Both the position numbers and the translations under genes were made by a program. The notes under the pieces are model-generated. The model saw only the letters and a program-made list of their open reading frames with translations, had not been told where the DNA came from and ran no database searches. Below are positions 32,701-46,005 of a stretch of 64,000 nt of DNA, one piece after another. The DNA comes from an uncultured delta proteobacterium (GTDB taxonomy: Bacteria; Desulfobacterota; RBG-13-43-22): NCBI GenBank assembly GCA_963711835.1, contig CAVQFQ010000012.1:1-64000 (forward strand), in the 5' to 3' direction. Each line of letters opens with the position of its first letter. Positions within the stretch are counted from its first letter, which is position 1.

Positions 32701-33861
32701 TTCCTCCAGACGCTGATAGATAAAGGGCTTAAAAAGTTCCAGGGCCATTTTTTTAGGCAAGCCGCACTGATGCAACCTGAGATTGGGTCCGATCACAATA
32801 ACCGAGCGTCCCGAGTAATCCACCCGTTTTCCCAGGAGGTTTTGACGAAACCGGCCCTGTTTCCCCTTGAGCATGTCGCTCAGGGATTTTAATGGGCGTT
32901 TATTGGTCCCGGTAATCACCTTGCCCCGCCGGCCGTTATCAAAAAGGACATCCACCGCCTCCTGAAGCATCCGTTTCTCATTCCGGATGATGATGTCCGG
33001 GGCGCTTAATTCCAGCAGTCTCTTGAGACGATTATTGCGGTTGATCACCCGGCGGTAAAGGTCGTTCAAATCGGAGGTGGCAAAACGCCCTCCATCCAGG
33101 GGTACCAGGGGCCGCAGGTCCGGGGGGAGCACCGGGAGGACGTCCATAATCAGCCATTCCGGTCGGTTGCCGGAATCTTTTAAGGCATCAACGACCTTAA
33201 GCCGTTTAATCAGCTTTTTCTTTTTGGCCTCGGAATGGGTCTTGAGCGCCTCTTCCCGCAGGCTTTTGGATTCCGTCTCCAGATCGAGATTTTTCAGAAG
33301 GACCTGAATGGACTCGGCCCCGATCCCGGCCTTCACCCGGTCGCCGAACTCTTCTTTGACCTGGCGATAGCGTTCCTCAGGCAGCAGGGTCCGGACCGGC
33401 AGGGAATCCTCCTGGGATTCCAGAACGAGATAGGATTCAAAATAAAGAACCTTTTCCAGTTCCTTAAGGGTCAGATCCAACAGGGTTCCGATCTTGCTGG
33501 GAAGACTTTTCAAAAACCAGATATGGGCCACCGGCGTGGCCAGATCGATATGGCCCATCCGTTCCCGGCGGACCTTGGATTGGATGACCTCAACGCCGCA
33601 CTTTTCACAGACCACCCCGCGGTGTTTCATCCGCTTATATTTGCCGCAATTACATTCGTAATCCTTGGTCGGCCCGAATATCTTGGCGCAAAAAAGACCG
33701 TCCCTCTCCGGTTTAAAGGTTCGGTAATTGATCGTCTCGGGTTTTTTGACCTCCCCGTGAGACCAGCCCCGGATCTTCTCCGGGGAGGCCAGGGAAATCT
33801 TGACCGCACTAACATGTAAGGGGTCTTTAGGCTTGTTAAAATAACTGAATAAATCTTCCAA
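29764..33861 (-). CDS. rpoC: RNA polymerase beta' subunit (probable TTG start)
   Basis: NADFDGD; KPETINYRT; AGGAG RBS before the TTG at 33861. Confidence 0.99.
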   Translation of the reverse strand: MEDLFSYFNKPKDPLHVSAVKISLASPEKIRGWSHGEVKKPETINYRTFKPERDGLFCAKIFGPTKDYECNCGKYKRMKHRGVVCEKCGVEVIQSKVRRERMGHIDLATPVAHIWFLKSLPSKIGTLLDLTLKELEKVLYFESYLVLESQEDSLPVRTLLPEERYRQVKEEFGDRVKAGIGAESIQVLLKNLDLETESKSLREEALKTHSEAKKKKLIKRLKVVDALKDSGNRPEWLIMDVLPVLPPDLRPLVPLDGGRFATSDLNDLYRRVINRNNRLKRLLELSAPDIIIRNEKRMLQEAVDVLFDNGRRGKVITGTNKRPLKSLSDMLKGKQGRFRQNLLGKRVDYSGRSVIVIGPNLRLHQCGLPKKMALELFKPFIYQRLEEKGYAGTIKTAKKMVEKELPEVWDTLDEVVREYPVLLNRAPTLHRLGIQAFEPILVEGKAIQLHPLVCTAFNADFDGDQMAVHVPLSIQAQIEARVLMMSTNNILSPANGEPIIVPSQDIVLGLYYLTRERIGARGEGKCFYGPEEVRMAFDAKAVDLQARVRVRVDGRLVETTVGRVLMAEVVPPIIPFERINRVMNKKEIRKLIDECYRKAGIKQTVILADRLKDVGYLYATQSGISISVSDMKIPPQKKEILKKAEEEVRRVEKQYTDGLITDGEKYNKLVDIWAKASEDVAQKMMQVMGTEVFVGPDGKEMQVPSLNPIFMMTDSGARGSKDQMRQLAGMRGLMAKPSGEIIETPIRANFREGLSVLEYFISTHGARKGLADTALKTANSGYLTRRLVDVAQDVIIREIDCGTIDGLLVESLREAGEIIQPVGERVLGRVALEDIREPFTDEVLIKANTEIDESAVEKIEEAGIERVLIRSVLTCQSTRGVCAKCYGRDLAYGKQVNIGEAIGIIAAQSIGEPGTQLTMRTFHIGGVASKRGEQTTLQSRTEGRIQFVQLATVQNKEGDLVVMNRNGQISILDEKHRERERYPLIYGTLLKVKDKQMIKSGTLLANWDPFTIPILTAVSGRVKFGDVTEGLTMEERRDVVTGKSSRVIVESRDAEVRPRISIKDEGGKTARLPETNSYARYLLPVGAIIMVAEGDPIRAGDVVAKIPRETTKTKDITGGLPRVAELFEVRKPKEHAVITEIDGIVTFGKHTKGKRKVIVTPEMGEAKEYLIPKGKHVSVQEGDVILAGEPLMDGSANPHDILSVSGIKELAKYLVNEVQEVYRLQGVKINDKHIEVIVRQMLRKVKIKDPGDTDYLVGDQIDRQAFTGKNQEILAQGGKPAQAEPLLQGITKASLSTDSFISAASFQETTKILTDASIAGDKDFLKGLKENVIMGRLIPAGSGMATYRQIRLSSAGEETEKRLDN

Positions 33862-33946
33862 TGGGGTCTCCTTTTTCTGCCGAACTCCTGAAGGGTTCAA
33901 GCGTGTTGAGCTGTCGGGAGAGTGAACAAGGCCCGGCCCATGGCGG

Positions 33947-36900
33947 CTATTGCGGCTGCCCCGGAGATTCCGTCTCCAGGAGTTCTACATTCAGGCCTAA
34001 GCTCTGCAACTCTTTGACCAGCACATTAAAGGACTCTGGTAGCCCCGCTTCCAGGACATTGTCCCCTTTCACGATCTTTTCATACATCCGGGTCCGGCCC
34101 ACCACGTCATCGGATTTGACCGTTAAAAATTCCTGCAGGGTATAGGCCGCCCCATAGGCCTCCATGGCCCAGACTTCCATCTCTCCCAAGCGCTGCCCGC
34201 CGAATTGGGCCTTGCCGCCCAGCGGTTGCTGGGTCACCAGGGAGTAAGGCCCGATAGATCGGGCATGGATCTTGTCATCCACCAGGTGATGCAGCTTCAT
34301 CATGTACATGGCTCCCACCGTCACCGGCCGGTCAAAGGCCTCTCCGGTTCGGCCGTCAAAGAGTTGGGTCTGGCCCGTTTCCGGCAAGCCCACCAGTTTC
34401 AGCAAGCGCTGGATATCGTCCTCCTTGGCCCCGTCGAAAACCGGGCTGGCCATATGAATGCCTTCCCGGAACTGGTTGGCCAGACTCGGCAAATCCTGGT
34501 CGGAAACGGTCTCTAAATACTCCTCCACTTTTTTAGAATCATAGATCTTTTTCAGCAAGCGGCGGACTTCATTACTGCGCCCGAGCTGATCCAGCAGGTC
34601 GGCCACCTTTTTACCCAGTTCCCGGGAGGCCCAGCCCAAATGGGTTTCCATGACCTGGCCCACATTCATCCGGGAAGGCACTCCCAGAGGATTCAGGACG
34701 ATATCCACGGGGGTCCCGTCGGCGAAACAAGGCATGTCTTCCGTAGGCAGGATCCGGGAAACCACCCCTTTATTGCCGTGGCGGCCGGCCATCTTATCGC
34801 CCACCGAAAGCTTGCGCTTGACCGCCACATAGACCTTGACCATTTTGATTACGCCCGGAGGAAGCTCATCCCCTCTTTTTAGTTTGGCGATCTTTCCTTC
34901 GAAGCTGTCCTTGATCAGATCGACCTGCTCCTGATAATCCCGGATGATCTTCTCGATGTCCTTTTTTAAATCCTTGCCCTTGGAAACCGCCAGTTCCTTC
35001 CATTTCTTAACCGGCACCTTGGCCAATTTATCCTGGGTAAACTTTTCACCCCGGGTGATATAGACTTTATGGCCTTCCTTGATGGTCCCGGCCGAGAGTT
35101 TTCCTCCCAGGAGATGTTTCAGACGGACCAGGGCCTCCCGGCGCACGATTTGAATTTCATCATTTTGATCCTTCATGATCCGGGATATCTCTTCTTCTTC
35201 GATGGCCTTGGAGCGGGCATCCCGCTCGACGCCTTTTCGGGAAAAGACCTTGGCGTCGATTACGATGCCCTCGATCCCCGGCGGCACCCGCAGCGAGGAA
35301 TCCTTGACGTCCCCGGCTTTTTCTCCGAAAATGGCCCGCAGCAGTTTCTCTTCCGGTGAAAGCTGGGTCTCCCCTTTCGGGGTGATCTTGCCGACCAGGA
35401 TGTCGCCCGGGTTGACTTCGGCCCCGATCCGAATAATCCCGCTCTCATCCAGGTTCTTTAAAGATTCATCCCCCAGATTGGGGATATCCCGGGTAATTTC
35501 CTCCCGGCCCAGTTTCGTATCCCGGGCAATCAATTCGAATTCTTCAATATGAATCGAGGTAAAGACATCTTCCTTGACCAGGTGTTCGCCGATCAGGATG
35601 GAATCCTCGAAATTGTATCCCCCCCAGGACATGAAGGCCACCATGACATTGCGGCCCAAGGCCAGTTCCCCCCTTTCGGTCGAGGGGCCATCGGCGATGA
35701 TCTGGCCTTTTTTAATGAAGCCCCCTTTCCGGACGATGGGCTTTTGGTTGAAACAGGTGTTTTGATTGGAGCGCTGGAATTTCGTCAGCTTGTATATCTC
35801 CACCCCGGCCCCTAAGGAGTCCTCGTCATCCTTTTCCGGGACATAACGAACCACAATCCGATCGGCATCGACATCTTCAATAATGCCGTCCCGTTTGGCC
35901 ACCAAGGTCACTCCGGAATCCCGGGCCACGACCTCTTCGATCCCGGTGCCGATAATCGGAGCCCGGCAATTGAGCAGGGGAACGGCCTGCCGCTGCATAT
36001 TGGATCCCATTAAGGCCCGGTTGGCATCGTCGTTCTCCAGGAAGGGGATCAGGGAAGCGGCCACGCTGACCAACTGGTTGGGAGAGACGTCCATCAGGTG
36101 GATCGGCTCCTCCTCCTGGTTCACCATAATGAATTCCCCGTCTTTTCGAGCCGAAACCAGGGGATCCAGGAGTTTTCCCGATTTGTCCATGGGCAGATTG
36201 GCCTGGGCGATATTGAGATCCTTTTCGTCCATGGCGCTGAAAAATTTTACGTCATTGGTTACCTCCCCCTCCCGGACCACCCGGTAGGGCGTTTCAATAA
36301 ACCCGAACTCATTGACCCGGGCATAGGTACTTAGGGAGACGATCAGCCCGATATTCGGTCCTTCCGGGGTTTCAATGGGGCAGATGCGTCCGTAATGGGT
36401 GGGATGCACATCCCGGACCTCAAAACCGGCCCGCTCCCGGGTCAGCCCTCCCGGACCCAGGGCGCTCAACCGTCTCTTGTGGGTGATCTCGGACAGCGGG
36501 TTGGTCTGATCCATGAACTGGGAAAGCTGGCTGGTGCCGAAAAACTCCTTGACCACGGCGGCCACCGGTTTGGGGTTGATCAGGTCATGGGGCATCAAGG
36601 TCTCAATTTCCTGGAGGGTCATCCGTTCCTTGATGGCCCGTTCCATACGGACCAAGCCGATGCGGTACTGGTTCTCGAGAAGTTCCCCTACGGCCCTGAC
36701 CCGCCGATTGCCCAAATGGTCGATATCATCCACCGGACCGTTGGCATCCTTGAGTTCAATCAGATTTTTGACCGCCAGGAGGATATCTTCCTTCCTTAAG
36801 GTCCTTTCCTCCAAAGGCAGGTCGGTTCCCAATCTCCGGTTCAGTTTGAGACGGCCTACCGAAGACAAGTCGTAATTTTCGGGATTAAAAAAAAGGTTCC

Positions 36901-38080
36901 GGAAAAAATTCCTGGCCACTTCCAGGGTCGGAGGATTGCTGGGCCGCAGTTTCTTGTAAATTTCAATAATGGCCTCCTCCGAGCTCGAAATTTTATCTAC
37001 GATCAGGGTATCCCGGAGCGAGGAACTGACATTAACCCCATCGATAAAAAGGAGATCAAAGGAAGGGATTTTCTTCTCCAGGATCAGGCTGAGCTTTTCC
37101 TTGGTTAAGGATTCGTTCCCGACCGCCACCACTTCACCGCTCTCCGGATCGACCACATCCTGGGCCAAAAAATAACCTTCAATATCTTCGGGTTTGGCCG
37201 GCAGTGAGGTGATGTGCGCTTCCTGAAGCAGTTTAATGATCTTCTTGGTGATCTTTTTATTCTTCCGGGAAATGACCTCCCCGGTCAGGGGGTTGACGAT
37301 ATCCCGGGGGGCCCTTTTGCCCAACCAGAAATCCGGATTCACTTCCCGCCGCAGTTTTCCATCTTCAAGGCTGATCCGTTCCCTCTCGTAGAAAAAGTTC
37401 AGCAAATCCTGGGTGGAATATCCCAGGGCCTTCAACAAGATCGTCACCGGGAATTTGCGCCGGCGATCAATGCGGACATAGAGGAGGTTCTTGGGATCAA
37501 ATTCCAGGTCAATCCAGGATCCCCGTAAGGGAATGATCCGGGCCGAGTAGAGGAGCCGGCCGCTGCTGTGGGTCTTGCCTTTATCATGATCGAAAAAGAT
37601 GCCCGGGGAACGGTGCAACTGGCTCACCACCACCCGTTCCGTTCCGTTGATGATAAAAGTCCCCCGCTCGGTCATTAAAGGGATGGTTCCAAAATAGATA
37701 TCCTGTTCTTTAATGTCACGGATGGTTTGACTCCCGGTATCCTTATCCAGGTCGTAGACGATCAGGCGCACCGTGATTTTAACCGGCACTTCATAGGTCA
37801 TGCCCCGTTGCAGGCATTCGGTAACCTCGTACTTAACTTCCCCAAAGCTGTAGCGAACGAATTCCAGCGAGGACATGCCACTGAAATCCCGAATCGGGAA
37901 AACGCTTTGAAACACACCCTGGAGGCCTACCTTTTCCCGACGGTCAGGTCCTGCCCCTTTTTGCAGGAAACGCTCATAGGATTGCTTCTGCATATCGATG
38001 AGGTTCGGAATATCAATGATGTTTTCAATGCGCCCGAAATTCTTTCGAAAACGGACGTTATGGATGGACCGTTCTTTCAT
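33947..38080 (-). CDS. rpoB: RNA polymerase beta subunit
   Basis: [26 protein letters not shown]; [12 protein letters not shown]. Confidence 0.99.
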   Translation of the reverse strand: MKERSIHNVRFRKNFGRIENIIDIPNLIDMQKQSYERFLQKGAGPDRREKVGLQGVFQSVFPIRDFSGMSSLEFVRYSFGEVKYEVTECLQRGMTYEVPVKITVRLIVYDLDKDTGSQTIRDIKEQDIYFGTIPLMTERGTFIINGTERVVVSQLHRSPGIFFDHDKGKTHSSGRLLYSARIIPLRGSWIDLEFDPKNLLYVRIDRRRKFPVTILLKALGYSTQDLLNFFYERERISLEDGKLRREVNPDFWLGKRAPRDIVNPLTGEVISRKNKKITKKIIKLLQEAHITSLPAKPEDIEGYFLAQDVVDPESGEVVAVGNESLTKEKLSLILEKKIPSFDLLFIDGVNVSSSLRDTLIVDKISSSEEAIIEIYKKLRPSNPPTLEVARNFFRNLFFNPENYDLSSVGRLKLNRRLGTDLPLEERTLRKEDILLAVKNLIELKDANGPVDDIDHLGNRRVRAVGELLENQYRIGLVRMERAIKERMTLQEIETLMPHDLINPKPVAAVVKEFFGTSQLSQFMDQTNPLSEITHKRRLSALGPGGLTRERAGFEVRDVHPTHYGRICPIETPEGPNIGLIVSLSTYARVNEFGFIETPYRVVREGEVTNDVKFFSAMDEKDLNIAQANLPMDKSGKLLDPLVSARKDGEFIMVNQEEEPIHLMDVSPNQLVSVAASLIPFLENDDANRALMGSNMQRQAVPLLNCRAPIIGTGIEEVVARDSGVTLVAKRDGIIEDVDADRIVVRYVPEKDDEDSLGAGVEIYKLTKFQRSNQNTCFNQKPIVRKGGFIKKGQIIADGPSTERGELALGRNVMVAFMSWGGYNFEDSILIGEHLVKEDVFTSIHIEEFELIARDTKLGREEITRDIPNLGDESLKNLDESGIIRIGAEVNPGDILVGKITPKGETQLSPEEKLLRAIFGEKAGDVKDSSLRVPPGIEGIVIDAKVFSRKGVERDARSKAIEEEEISRIMKDQNDEIQIVRREALVRLKHLLGGKLSAGTIKEGHKVYITRGEKFTQDKLAKVPVKKWKELAVSKGKDLKKDIEKIIRDYQEQVDLIKDSFEGKIAKLKRGDELPPGVIKMVKVYVAVKRKLSVGDKMAGRHGNKGVVSRILPTEDMPCFADGTPVDIVLNPLGVPSRMNVGQVMETHLGWASRELGKKVADLLDQLGRSNEVRRLLKKIYDSKKVEEYLETVSDQDLPSLANQFREGIHMASPVFDGAKEDDIQRLLKLVGLPETGQTQLFDGRTGEAFDRPVTVGAMYMMKLHHLVDDKIHARSIGPYSLVTQQPLGGKAQFGGQRLGEMEVWAMEAYGAAYTLQEFLTVKSDDVVGRTRMYEKIVKGDNVLEAGLPESFNVLVKELQSLGLNVELLETESPGQPQ

Positions 38081-38224
38081 GCTTTACTCCTTTTATGAAA
38101 GAAAAGAAGTCAACTCGAGGCTGCCCCTTTAAGCGCTCAGGGCTTCCCGATAAAATACCCGGGGTTCGCCGAGGTCCGAACCGGGACCTGGGCGACCCCT
38201 CCAGGGTTCAATTTTCCCGGAATA

Positions 38225-38611
38225 CTACTTGATTTCAACCGTAGCCCCGGCCTCTTCCAACTGCTTCTTGATTTTTTCCGCTTCTTCCTTGGAAACCGCT
38301 TCCTTGATGGTATTGGGCAGGGTTTCCACCGCATCCTTGGCTTCTTTGAGACCCAGACTGGTAATGGCCCGGACTTCCTTGATCACCTGGATTTTTTTAT
38401 CCCCGGATCCGGTTAAGATCACCGAGAACTCGGTCTGTTCCTCCTGGACCGGGGCTTCAGCGGCCGCCATAGGCCCGGCCATGGCCATGACCGGAGCCGA
38501 GGCCTTGACACCGAATTTTTCTTCCAGTTCCTTAACCAGTTCCGACAGTTCCAGAACCGTCATGTTGGAAATAAAGGCAATCACATTTTCTTTGGTAATA
38601 TTTTCAGCCAT
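38225..38611 (-). CDS. rplL: 50S ribosomal protein L7/L12 (start corrected)
   Basis: [19 protein letters not shown]; LGLKEAK. Confidence 0.99.
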   Translation of the reverse strand: MAENITKENVIAFISNMTVLELSELVKELEEKFGVKASAPVMAMAGPMAAAEAPVQEEQTEFSVILTGSGDKKIQVIKEVRAITSLGLKEAKDAVETLPNTIKEAVSKEEAEKIKKQLEEAGATVEIK

Positions 38612-38642
38612 CGTTTTTAATCCTCCTTGGTTTTCCTCTCCC

Positions 38643-39164
38643 TTAGGCCTGGGCTTTCTGTTCCTCAAGGGCCTTCAGGGTCAGCATGAATTTTTGAATA
38701 ATACCGGAAAGGGTCGAAACCAGACCCGTGGGCAAGGCGATCAGGGATGACAAAACCTGCCCCAACAACACCTCTCGTGCCGGCATCTTGGCCAGTTGCA
38801 GGATGGCCGCTCCGGAAAGGGGTTTCCCTTCCAGGACCCCCCCCTTAAACACAAATTTCTCCCGGTCCTTGGCAAAGCCGGCCAGGACTTTGGCCGAAGC
38901 CACGGGATCCTGGGTGCTCAGGGTCAGGCCGCAGGGGCCTACAAAAAGCCCTTCCAGCCCCGAAAGCGGGGTCTGCTCCGAAGCCCGTTGGAAGAGGGTG
39001 TTTTTTACCACCTGGTATTCATCTCCGCCCTTGCGCAATTCCCGGCGCAAGAGGCTCAACGACCCTACATTCAATCCTCTAAAATCGGTAACAAAAACAG
39101 CCTTGGCTTCTGTCAGGCGATGATGGAGGTCGGCCACGATCTTCTCTTTGTCCGTTCGTTTCAA
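38643..39164 (-). CDS. rplJ: 50S ribosomal protein L10
   Basis: DFRGLNV; VVKNTL. Confidence 0.98.
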   Translation of the reverse strand: MKRTDKEKIVADLHHRLTEAKAVFVTDFRGLNVGSLSLLRRELRKGGDEYQVVKNTLFQRASEQTPLSGLEGLFVGPCGLTLSTQDPVASAKVLAGFAKDREKFVFKGGVLEGKPLSGAAILQLAKMPAREVLLGQVLSSLIALPTGLVSTLSGIIQKFMLTLKALEEQKAQA

Positions 39165-39246
39165 TTCCCTTTTCCCTCCTTTCTCCTAAGGTAGATCTTT
39201 TATCAGTGAAAGACCGCAGCCCCGATGGCCGAATCATGACAATAAC

Positions 39247-39308
39247 AGAGTCTCTGTAGGCTGGAACGATTCATTTATGGCCCCGAGGGCACCTACGGTC
39301 TTTGACTC
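39247..39308 (-). promoter_or_regulatory. Ribosomal protein L10 leader RNA
   Basis: AGAGTCAAAGACCGTAGG...CCTACAGAGACTCT upstream of rplJ matches the L10-leader pattern. Confidence 0.8.
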
Positions 39309-39542
39309 TAAAACGAAAACAACCTGAAGGGTTCAGGAAAACACCCGGGATCCTTCAAAAGCGATCCTTTGGACCCTGGAACCCTGTTTTATTTTGTCCT
39401 CATCCGGAAAAGATGTTTTTCAGATGAAGGCGATCAGCTTTCGGCCATCAGAAAAAAACGGTTAAACTTAATGGGTTGAGCCGACTGCTGGTTGCTGAAG
39501 GCTGAACGCTCCAGCCGGACATCCATAATTTCCGGCTGAAAC

Positions 39543-40247
39543 CTATTTAGCTATTTCCTTGATGAAGGAGGGATCCACTTTAATCCCCGGTCCCATAGTT
39601 GTTGAAATCGTAATGCTCTTCAAATAGGTCCCTTTGGCGCTGGAGGGTTTAAGACGGAGCAGGATTTCAAAAAGCGAGACGATATTAGGGATCAATTTTT
39701 CGCTCCCGAATGAAACCCGACCTACCGGCGCGTGGACGATTCCGTTTTTTTCGACCCGGAATTCGATCTTACCGGCTTTAATCTCCCGGATGGCCTTGGC
39801 CACATCGAAGGTCACGGTTCCGGTTTTGGCATTGGGCATCAGACCCCGGGGACCCAGAATTTTCCCGATTTTTCCCACCATGCCCATCAAGTCCGGCGTA
39901 GCCACGGCCTTGTCGAAGTCCATCCAGCCGCCCTTGATCTTTTCCACCAACTCTTCGGCCCCGACCTGATCGGCACCGGCTTCCAGGGCTTCCTTTTCCT
40001 TTTCCCCTTTGGCAAAAACCAAAACCCGGGTGGTCTTGCCCGTCCCATTGGGAAGGACCACCGCCCCCCGGACCATCTGATCGGCATGGCGGGGATCTAC
40101 CCCTAGACGAACCGCCATATCCACCGTTTCATCAAAGCGGGTATAGGAAGAGGACAGGGCCAATTGGACGGCCTCCTCCAAAGCGTAGCGCTTGGTTCGA
40201 TCCACCTTCTCCATCACGGTTTTATATTTCTTCCCTCTTGTTGGCAT
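39543..40247 (-). CDS. rplA: 50S ribosomal protein L1 (start corrected)
   Basis: [14 protein letters not shown]; LGPRGLMPN. Confidence 0.99.
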   Translation of the reverse strand: MPTRGKKYKTVMEKVDRTKRYALEEAVQLALSSSYTRFDETVDMAVRLGVDPRHADQMVRGAVVLPNGTGKTTRVLVFAKGEKEKEALEAGADQVGAEELVEKIKGGWMDFDKAVATPDLMGMVGKIGKILGPRGLMPNAKTGTVTFDVAKAIREIKAGKIEFRVEKNGIVHAPVGRVSFGSEKLIPNIVSLFEILLRLKPSSAKGTYLKSITISTTMGPGIKVDPSFIKEIAK

Positions 40248-40275
40248 GTTCCTTTTCCTCGTTTCTTGGTCTATC

Positions 40276-40698
40276 TTAGCCGATCTCAATGCCCATGCTT
40301 CGAGCCGTTCCGGCGATGATTTTTTTGGCTGCTTCGAGGGTGTTGGCATTTAAATCAGGCATTTTCAACCTGGCAATTTCTTCTATTTGGGCCTGGCTGA
40401 CCTTCCCTACTTTTTCCCGATTGGGGGTATTGGAGCCTTTGGCCACTTGGGCCGCTTTTTTCAATAAAATAGCCGCCGGGGGGGTTTTGGTAATAAAGGT
40501 AAAGGAGCGGTCCGCAAAAACCGTGATGACCACCGGAATGATCATCCCTTCCTGGCCCTGGGTCCGGGCATTAAAGGCCTTGCAGAATTCCATAATATTT
40601 ACCCCGTGCTGGCCGAGGGCCGGCCCGATGGGGGGTGACGGATTAGCCTGTCCGGCAGGAACTTGAAGTTTGATGTAGGCGATTATTTTTTTGGCCAT
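40276..40698 (-). CDS. rplK: 50S ribosomal protein L11
   Basis: [15 protein letters not shown]. Confidence 0.99.
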   Translation of the reverse strand: MAKKIIAYIKLQVPAGQANPSPPIGPALGQHGVNIMEFCKAFNARTQGQEGMIIPVVITVFADRSFTFITKTPPAAILLKKAAQVAKGSNTPNREKVGKVSQAQIEEIARLKMPDLNANTLEAAKKIIAGTARSMGIEIG

Positions 40699-40812
40699 TT
40701 TTATCTTCTCCTTCGAACGAATCTCCCTGGTACGAAACCTGCTGACGAAATGATCTGATTACCGACGGCTGTCGGGGACCTTTTTTCCGGAACAACCTGG
40801 GTCCTGAATTCC

Positions 40813-41343
40813 TTAGAGCTTGGCCACCTGGACGAAGTCGAGTTCGACCGGCGTAGCCCGCCCGAAAATGCTGATCAAGACCTTGACTTTTCCCTTATCC
40901 GGTTTCACTTCCTCCACCACGCCGTTGAAATTTGAAAAAGGTCCGTCAATGACCCGGATCTCGTCCCCTTCCTCGAAAAAAAACTTCGGCTTGGGACGGA
41001 TGGCCCCTTCCGCCATTTGCTCGATGACCTTTTGGGCCTCTTCATCCGGAATGGGCACCGGTTTGTTCTTGTCCCCCACAAACCCGGTGACCTTAGGGGT
41101 ATCCTGGACTAAATGCCAGGTCTCATCATCGAGCTCCATTTTGACCATAATGTAGCCCGGATAGAATTTTCGGGAGGAGGTTTTCCTCTCTCCCTTAACC
41201 AGCTCAACGACTTTTTCCGTCGGGACCAGAATATCGGAAAAGAAATCTTCCTTGCCCTGCCCCTTGATGCGATCCTCCAAGGCCAGTTTGACTTTATGTT
41301 CAAAACCCGAGTAGGTATGAACGATATACCATTTGTGTGCCAC
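40813..41343 (-). CDS. nusG: Transcription antitermination factor NusG
   Basis: [11 protein letters not shown]; [10 protein letters not shown]. Confidence 0.99.
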   Translation of the reverse strand: MAHKWYIVHTYSGFEHKVKLALEDRIKGQGKEDFFSDILVPTEKVVELVKGERKTSSRKFYPGYIMVKMELDDETWHLVQDTPKVTGFVGDKNKPVPIPDEEAQKVIEQMAEGAIRPKPKFFFEEGDEIRVIDGPFSNFNGVVEEVKPDKGKVKVLISIFGRATPVELDFVQVAKL

Positions 41344-41360
41344 AGGCCGCCCCTCTTTGT

Positions 41361-41738
41361 TTACCGTTTTAAAATACTACCGACCAACTTGGCCAAGCCC
41401 ACATCCAATAACCCCAAAAAGAAAGAGACCAGGACCGATAAGACAATGACCATGCCGGTGGCGGCAATGGTTTCTTTCCGGGAAGGCCAGGTGACCTTCT
41501 TCAATTCGATGCGGACCTCGCGGAAAAACTCCTTGACTTTTCCGATCCATTGGAATTTTTCCGTCCATTTCGAGAGACCCGCCCCCGGGCTCTTTTCATT
41601 GATTCGTGGTTTCCTCAGGAGCTCTTTTTCTTTGGGTTTGAAATCCGGGAAATTTTTATGCTCGCCCGTCATCTTTTCCGGGGCTTTGGGCTCCGCTTCC
41701 GCCATCCCGTTTTTCTTTTTTGCTCTGAACTTTTTCAT
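41361..41738 (-). CDS. secE: Preprotein translocase SecE (start corrected; basic N-terminal extension)
   Basis: ELKKVTWPSRKE plus one TM helix; the listed longer ORF runs into tRNA-Trp. Confidence 0.95.
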   Translation of the reverse strand: MKKFRAKKKNGMAEAEPKAPEKMTGEHKNFPDFKPKEKELLRKPRINEKSPGAGLSKWTEKFQWIGKVKEFFREVRIELKKVTWPSRKETIAATGMVIVLSVLVSFFLGLLDVGLAKLVGSILKR

Positions 41739-41780
41739 GTTCTCTACAGGCCCTTTACCTCGATCTGGAATAGGAAAAAT

Positions 41781-41857
41781 TGGCAGGCCAGGAGGGATTC
41801 GAACCCCCATCACCCGGATTTGGAGTCCGGTGCTCTAACCGTTAGAGCTACTGGCCT
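41781..41857 (-). tRNA. tRNA-Trp(CCA)
   Basis: Anticodon arm CCGGA-CTCCAAA-TCCGG; GTTCGAA T-loop; encoded CCA end. Confidence 0.97.
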
Positions 41858-41886
41858 GCAGGACCAAACAGTCTAATGAAGCGGAT

Positions 41887-42036
41887 TTATTTGGTTTCCT
41901 TGTGTACGGTATGGGTTTGGCAAAAACGGCAGTATTTTTTAAATTCCAGCTTATCCGGGGTCTTCCGTTTATTTTTGGTTGTGGTATAATTTTTTCTCTT
42001 ACAGGTTGTGCAGGTTAAGTTTATAATATCGCGCAT
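41887..42036 (-). CDS. rpmG: 50S ribosomal protein L33 (not in the ORF track)
   Basis: Translated by hand: [49 protein letters not shown]. Confidence 0.97.
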   Translation of the reverse strand: MRDIINLTCTTCKRKNYTTTKNKRKTPDKLEFKKYCRFCQTHTVHKETK

Positions 42037-42120
42037 GACTGATCCTAAATATTCCTCAGGGTCCGGGGTTCAAATAATGCCTCTATCGGGATTGGAGCCC
42101 GGACCCTTTGAATCCTTTCT

Positions 42121-43323
<1,203 letters not shown>

Positions 43324-43403
43324 AGCCTCCCATGGTTTTGAAAATTTTCCCGTAAAAAGATTTTACCTGAAAAACTCTTGTCTCCCATAACCCCAAAAAC
43401 AGG

Positions 43404-43480
<77 letters not shown>

Positions 43481-43539
43481 CCGACTATATGATCGCCCTA
43501 TTGTATTTCGGAATCCGAATGCTACAAAAAGGTTTTTGC

Positions 43540-43616
43540 TGGAGCGGGAAACGGGATTCGAACCCGCGACCCTCAGCTTGGAAGGCTGACGCTCTAGCCA
43601 ACTGAGCTATTCCCGC
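43540..43616 (-). tRNA. tRNA-Gly(TCC)
   Basis: TCAGC-CTTCCAA-GCTGA; CCA end. Confidence 0.96.
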
Positions 43617-43739
43617 ACAGGAGTAATATTATGAGAACCAGGGAACCTATGGCTGTAGTTTTATCAATAGGTTCTGCCTACCCTATCTCCTACATATGAC
43701 CGGCCTTTCCGGTCTTGGACACCATATCCGAAAGAAGGA

Positions 43740-43824
43740 TGGTGGAGGGGGGAGGATTTGAACCTCCGAAGGCATGGCCGACAGATTTACAGTCTGTTCC
43801 CTTTGACCGCTCGGGAACCCCTCC
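43740..43824 (-). tRNA. tRNA-Tyr(GTA)
   Basis: ACAGA-CTGTAAA-TCTGT; long variable arm; CCA end. Confidence 0.96.
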
Positions 43825-43880
43825 TGAAAAAACCTTGCGGTAACTGGGGGTCCAAATTGTTTCGATTTTTTGACCTTACT

Positions 43881-43956
43881 TGGAGCCAGCGAAGGGATTT
43901 GAACCCCCGACCAACTGATTACAAATCAGTCGCTCTACCAACTGAGCTACGCTGGC
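43881..43956 (-). tRNA. tRNA-Thr(TGT)
   Basis: ACTGA-TTTGTAA-TCAGT; CCA end. Confidence 0.96.
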
Positions 43957-43987
43957 TGGCAAAATCTATTAAATCCAGAACTTTCGG

Positions 43988-44016
43988 ATTATATATCCCT
44001 AAAATCCAATATTCAA
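43988..44016 (-). promoter_or_regulatory. Sigma70 promoter of the tRNA-tuf operon
   Basis: TTGAAT-N17-TATAAT, preceded by an A-rich UP-like tract. Confidence 0.8.
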
Positions 44017-44156
44017 GTACTTTTTTAAATTTTTTTTCCCTATCTTTTTTTTTAAAGAGGCCATAGAATGGTTTTGTTTTTTTTTACAATTATATTATTA
44101 AGTTAAGATACTGGAACCCGGTCTTAGCCGTCCGGGTTCCTCCTGGAGAACCCGCC

Positions 44157-44591
44157 ATGGATTCAGAAGAAAGGGTCCTATTGGCCCTTCAGCCGGCCTG
44201 GAGAAGCTACTTTATCTTTTATACCGCCATCTTTATTTTTGGTCTTGGCCCCCTGGTCAACCCTCAGGCCGGCCTGAACCCGGTCTTGGGGATGGTGCTG
44301 GCCATTTTCCTGGCTATGTTTGTCTGGCACCGCCGCACCACCACCTATTACAGGCTCACTTCCAAAGAGGTCATACGGGAAACAAAAGGATGGGGTCAAC
44401 CACAGCGCCAGATCCTGCCCTTGGCGGAGATTGCTGCCGTTGAAGCCCGCCGCGGCCTTGTTCACCGCTTCATAACCGTCGGCCACCTTCGCTTTAAGCC
44501 CCGATCCGCTGCTTATCCGGAAATCTGGTGGTTCGGAGTAGCCGATTCCCTTCAAATAAAAAAAGAAATCGAACGGATATTAACTAATTGA
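44157..44591 (+). CDS. Membrane protein with bacterial PH domain
   Basis: Two TM helices followed by YRLTSKEV...LPLAEIAAVE, a bPH_2-like pattern. Confidence 0.7.
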   Translation: MDSEERVLLALQPAWRSYFIFYTAIFIFGLGPLVNPQAGLNPVLGMVLAIFLAMFVWHRRTTTYYRLTSKEVIRETKGWGQPQRQILPLAEIAAVEARRGLVHRFITVGHLRFKPRSAAYPEIWWFGVADSLQIKKEIERILTN

Positions 44592-44709
44592 TAACCGTTT
44601 AGATTTATGAAAAAAGGATGAGGGGAAGAGATATGAAGGGATCTCAGCAAGATTGAAATTCGTTTTTTCAAACAGGTAAGGCGTTACACCGGATAGGTGT
44701 CCAAAGGTG

Positions 44710-45216
44710 CTAAAGGAGTTCCTTGAGGGCCTGTTCGACATAGGAACCGGGAACCAGCCCATCAAATCGTTTGGTTGTTTTGCCTTCCCGGTTAATGATA
44801 ATGGTGGTTGGAACTCCGGAAACCTCATAATTTTCAGCCAGCTCCATATTTCCAAGCAAGACCGGATAGGGGATTTTCATATCCCGGACGAACCGCGTCA
44901 GGCCTTGAGGTATCCCGTCCGTATCCAGAGACACCCCCAGGATTACCAGCCCTTTTTCTTTGTTTTTATTATAAATTTTTATTAATTCAGGGATTTCGCT
45001 CCGACAGGGGGGGCACCAGGTGGCAAAAAAATTCACAAGAACCACCTTTCCTTTAAAATCGTTCAGACTGACCTTTTTCATGGCCAGGTCTTTTAGGGTA
45101 AAATCCTTGGCCGGCCGTTTGCCCTGGCACCAGCCCTGATTACTCGAAATAAGCAGCGCACCGGCCAGCACCAATACGGCGATCAGCAATCCCCATTTAT
45201 GAGTTTTCCGTTTCAT
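44710..45216 (-). CDS. TlpA/ResA-family thiol-disulfide oxidoreductase
   Basis: Signal/TM segment; VNFFATWCPPCRSEIP; GVPTT cis-Pro loop. Confidence 0.92.
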   Translation of the reverse strand: MKRKTHKWGLLIAVLVLAGALLISSNQGWCQGKRPAKDFTLKDLAMKKVSLNDFKGKVVLVNFFATWCPPCRSEIPELIKIYNKNKEKGLVILGVSLDTDGIPQGLTRFVRDMKIPYPVLLGNMELAENYEVSGVPTTIIINREGKTTKRFDGLVPGSYVEQALKELL

Positions 45217-45224
45217 TATCGGAT

Positions 45225-45944
45225 CTAATCCTCCCAGTTTTCTACCTGCTCGATCAGTTGAATAAGGGCTTCAGCAGCGGCTTCCAGGCAGGCTGTTCCC
45301 TTTTCGAAACCGGCCTTGGTCGGATCCCCCCAGACCCCCCCCGGCCAGAATTTTCGTTTATTCCGAACCAGGATCCCTTTGGGGAAGGAGGGCCTTTCGG
45401 CCTGCCCGCCCTTTTTAACCCAGGCGGGCCTTAAGACCATCATGACCGAGGTTTCCAACTCCCCGGCATGGGAATCGTCCGGGGTTTCCAGCAAGGGGGC
45501 CCAGGCCGAGGCAGCCAGGTCCAAAACGTTCAGACTGGCCACCCGGGTCCCGGAAAGATTTTCCAAAATATACTCGCCGGCTTCGATCAAGGCCGCGGTG
45601 TGGGTTCCTCCGGCATGGCCGGAGAGGATAATAAAGTTTCGGATACCCTGGCGGTAAAAGGCCAAGCCGATATCCTTAATTAAGGCCCGCAAGGTATCCC
45701 CGCTGATGCTGATGGTCCCCGGGTGCTGGCTGGTACTGCGGCAAACCCCGTAATAAATGGCCGGAGCCACCAAGGCGCCGGTTTTTTCGGAGGCCCGGCG
45801 ACAGAGCTCATCGGCGTGGATGGTATCCGTACCCAGAGGGAGGTGCTCCCCATGTTCTTCAATGGACCCTACCGGCAAGAGCAGGGTTTGATTCTTTTTT
45901 ACCTGTTCTTCAAATTCCGTCATGGTTAAGGCTTCGATAAGCAT
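45225..45944 (-). CDS. Creatininase-family amidohydrolase
   Basis: PVGSIEEHGEHLPLGTD; SGHAG; HAGELETS. Confidence 0.92.
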   Translation of the reverse strand: MLIEALTMTEFEEQVKKNQTLLLPVGSIEEHGEHLPLGTDTIHADELCRRASEKTGALVAPAIYYGVCRSTSQHPGTISISGDTLRALIKDIGLAFYRQGIRNFIILSGHAGGTHTAALIEAGEYILENLSGTRVASLNVLDLAASAWAPLLETPDDSHAGELETSVMMVLRPAWVKKGGQAERPSFPKGILVRNKRKFWPGGVWGDPTKAGFEKGTACLEAAAEALIQLIEQVENWED

Positions 45945-46005
45945 GGTTGTCCATTTCCTTAAAGAGATCCCCCTTGAGCCGGAGACCGTTGCCAAGGGTT
46001 TTATC

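Noticed and set aside
41739-41813. Extended N-terminus of SecE, and similar extensions listed for rpsH, rplE, rpsG, rpoC, rplL and rplA
   Set aside because: The upstream starts overlap tRNA-Trp or neighbouring genes or lack an RBS; canonical starts lie downstream.
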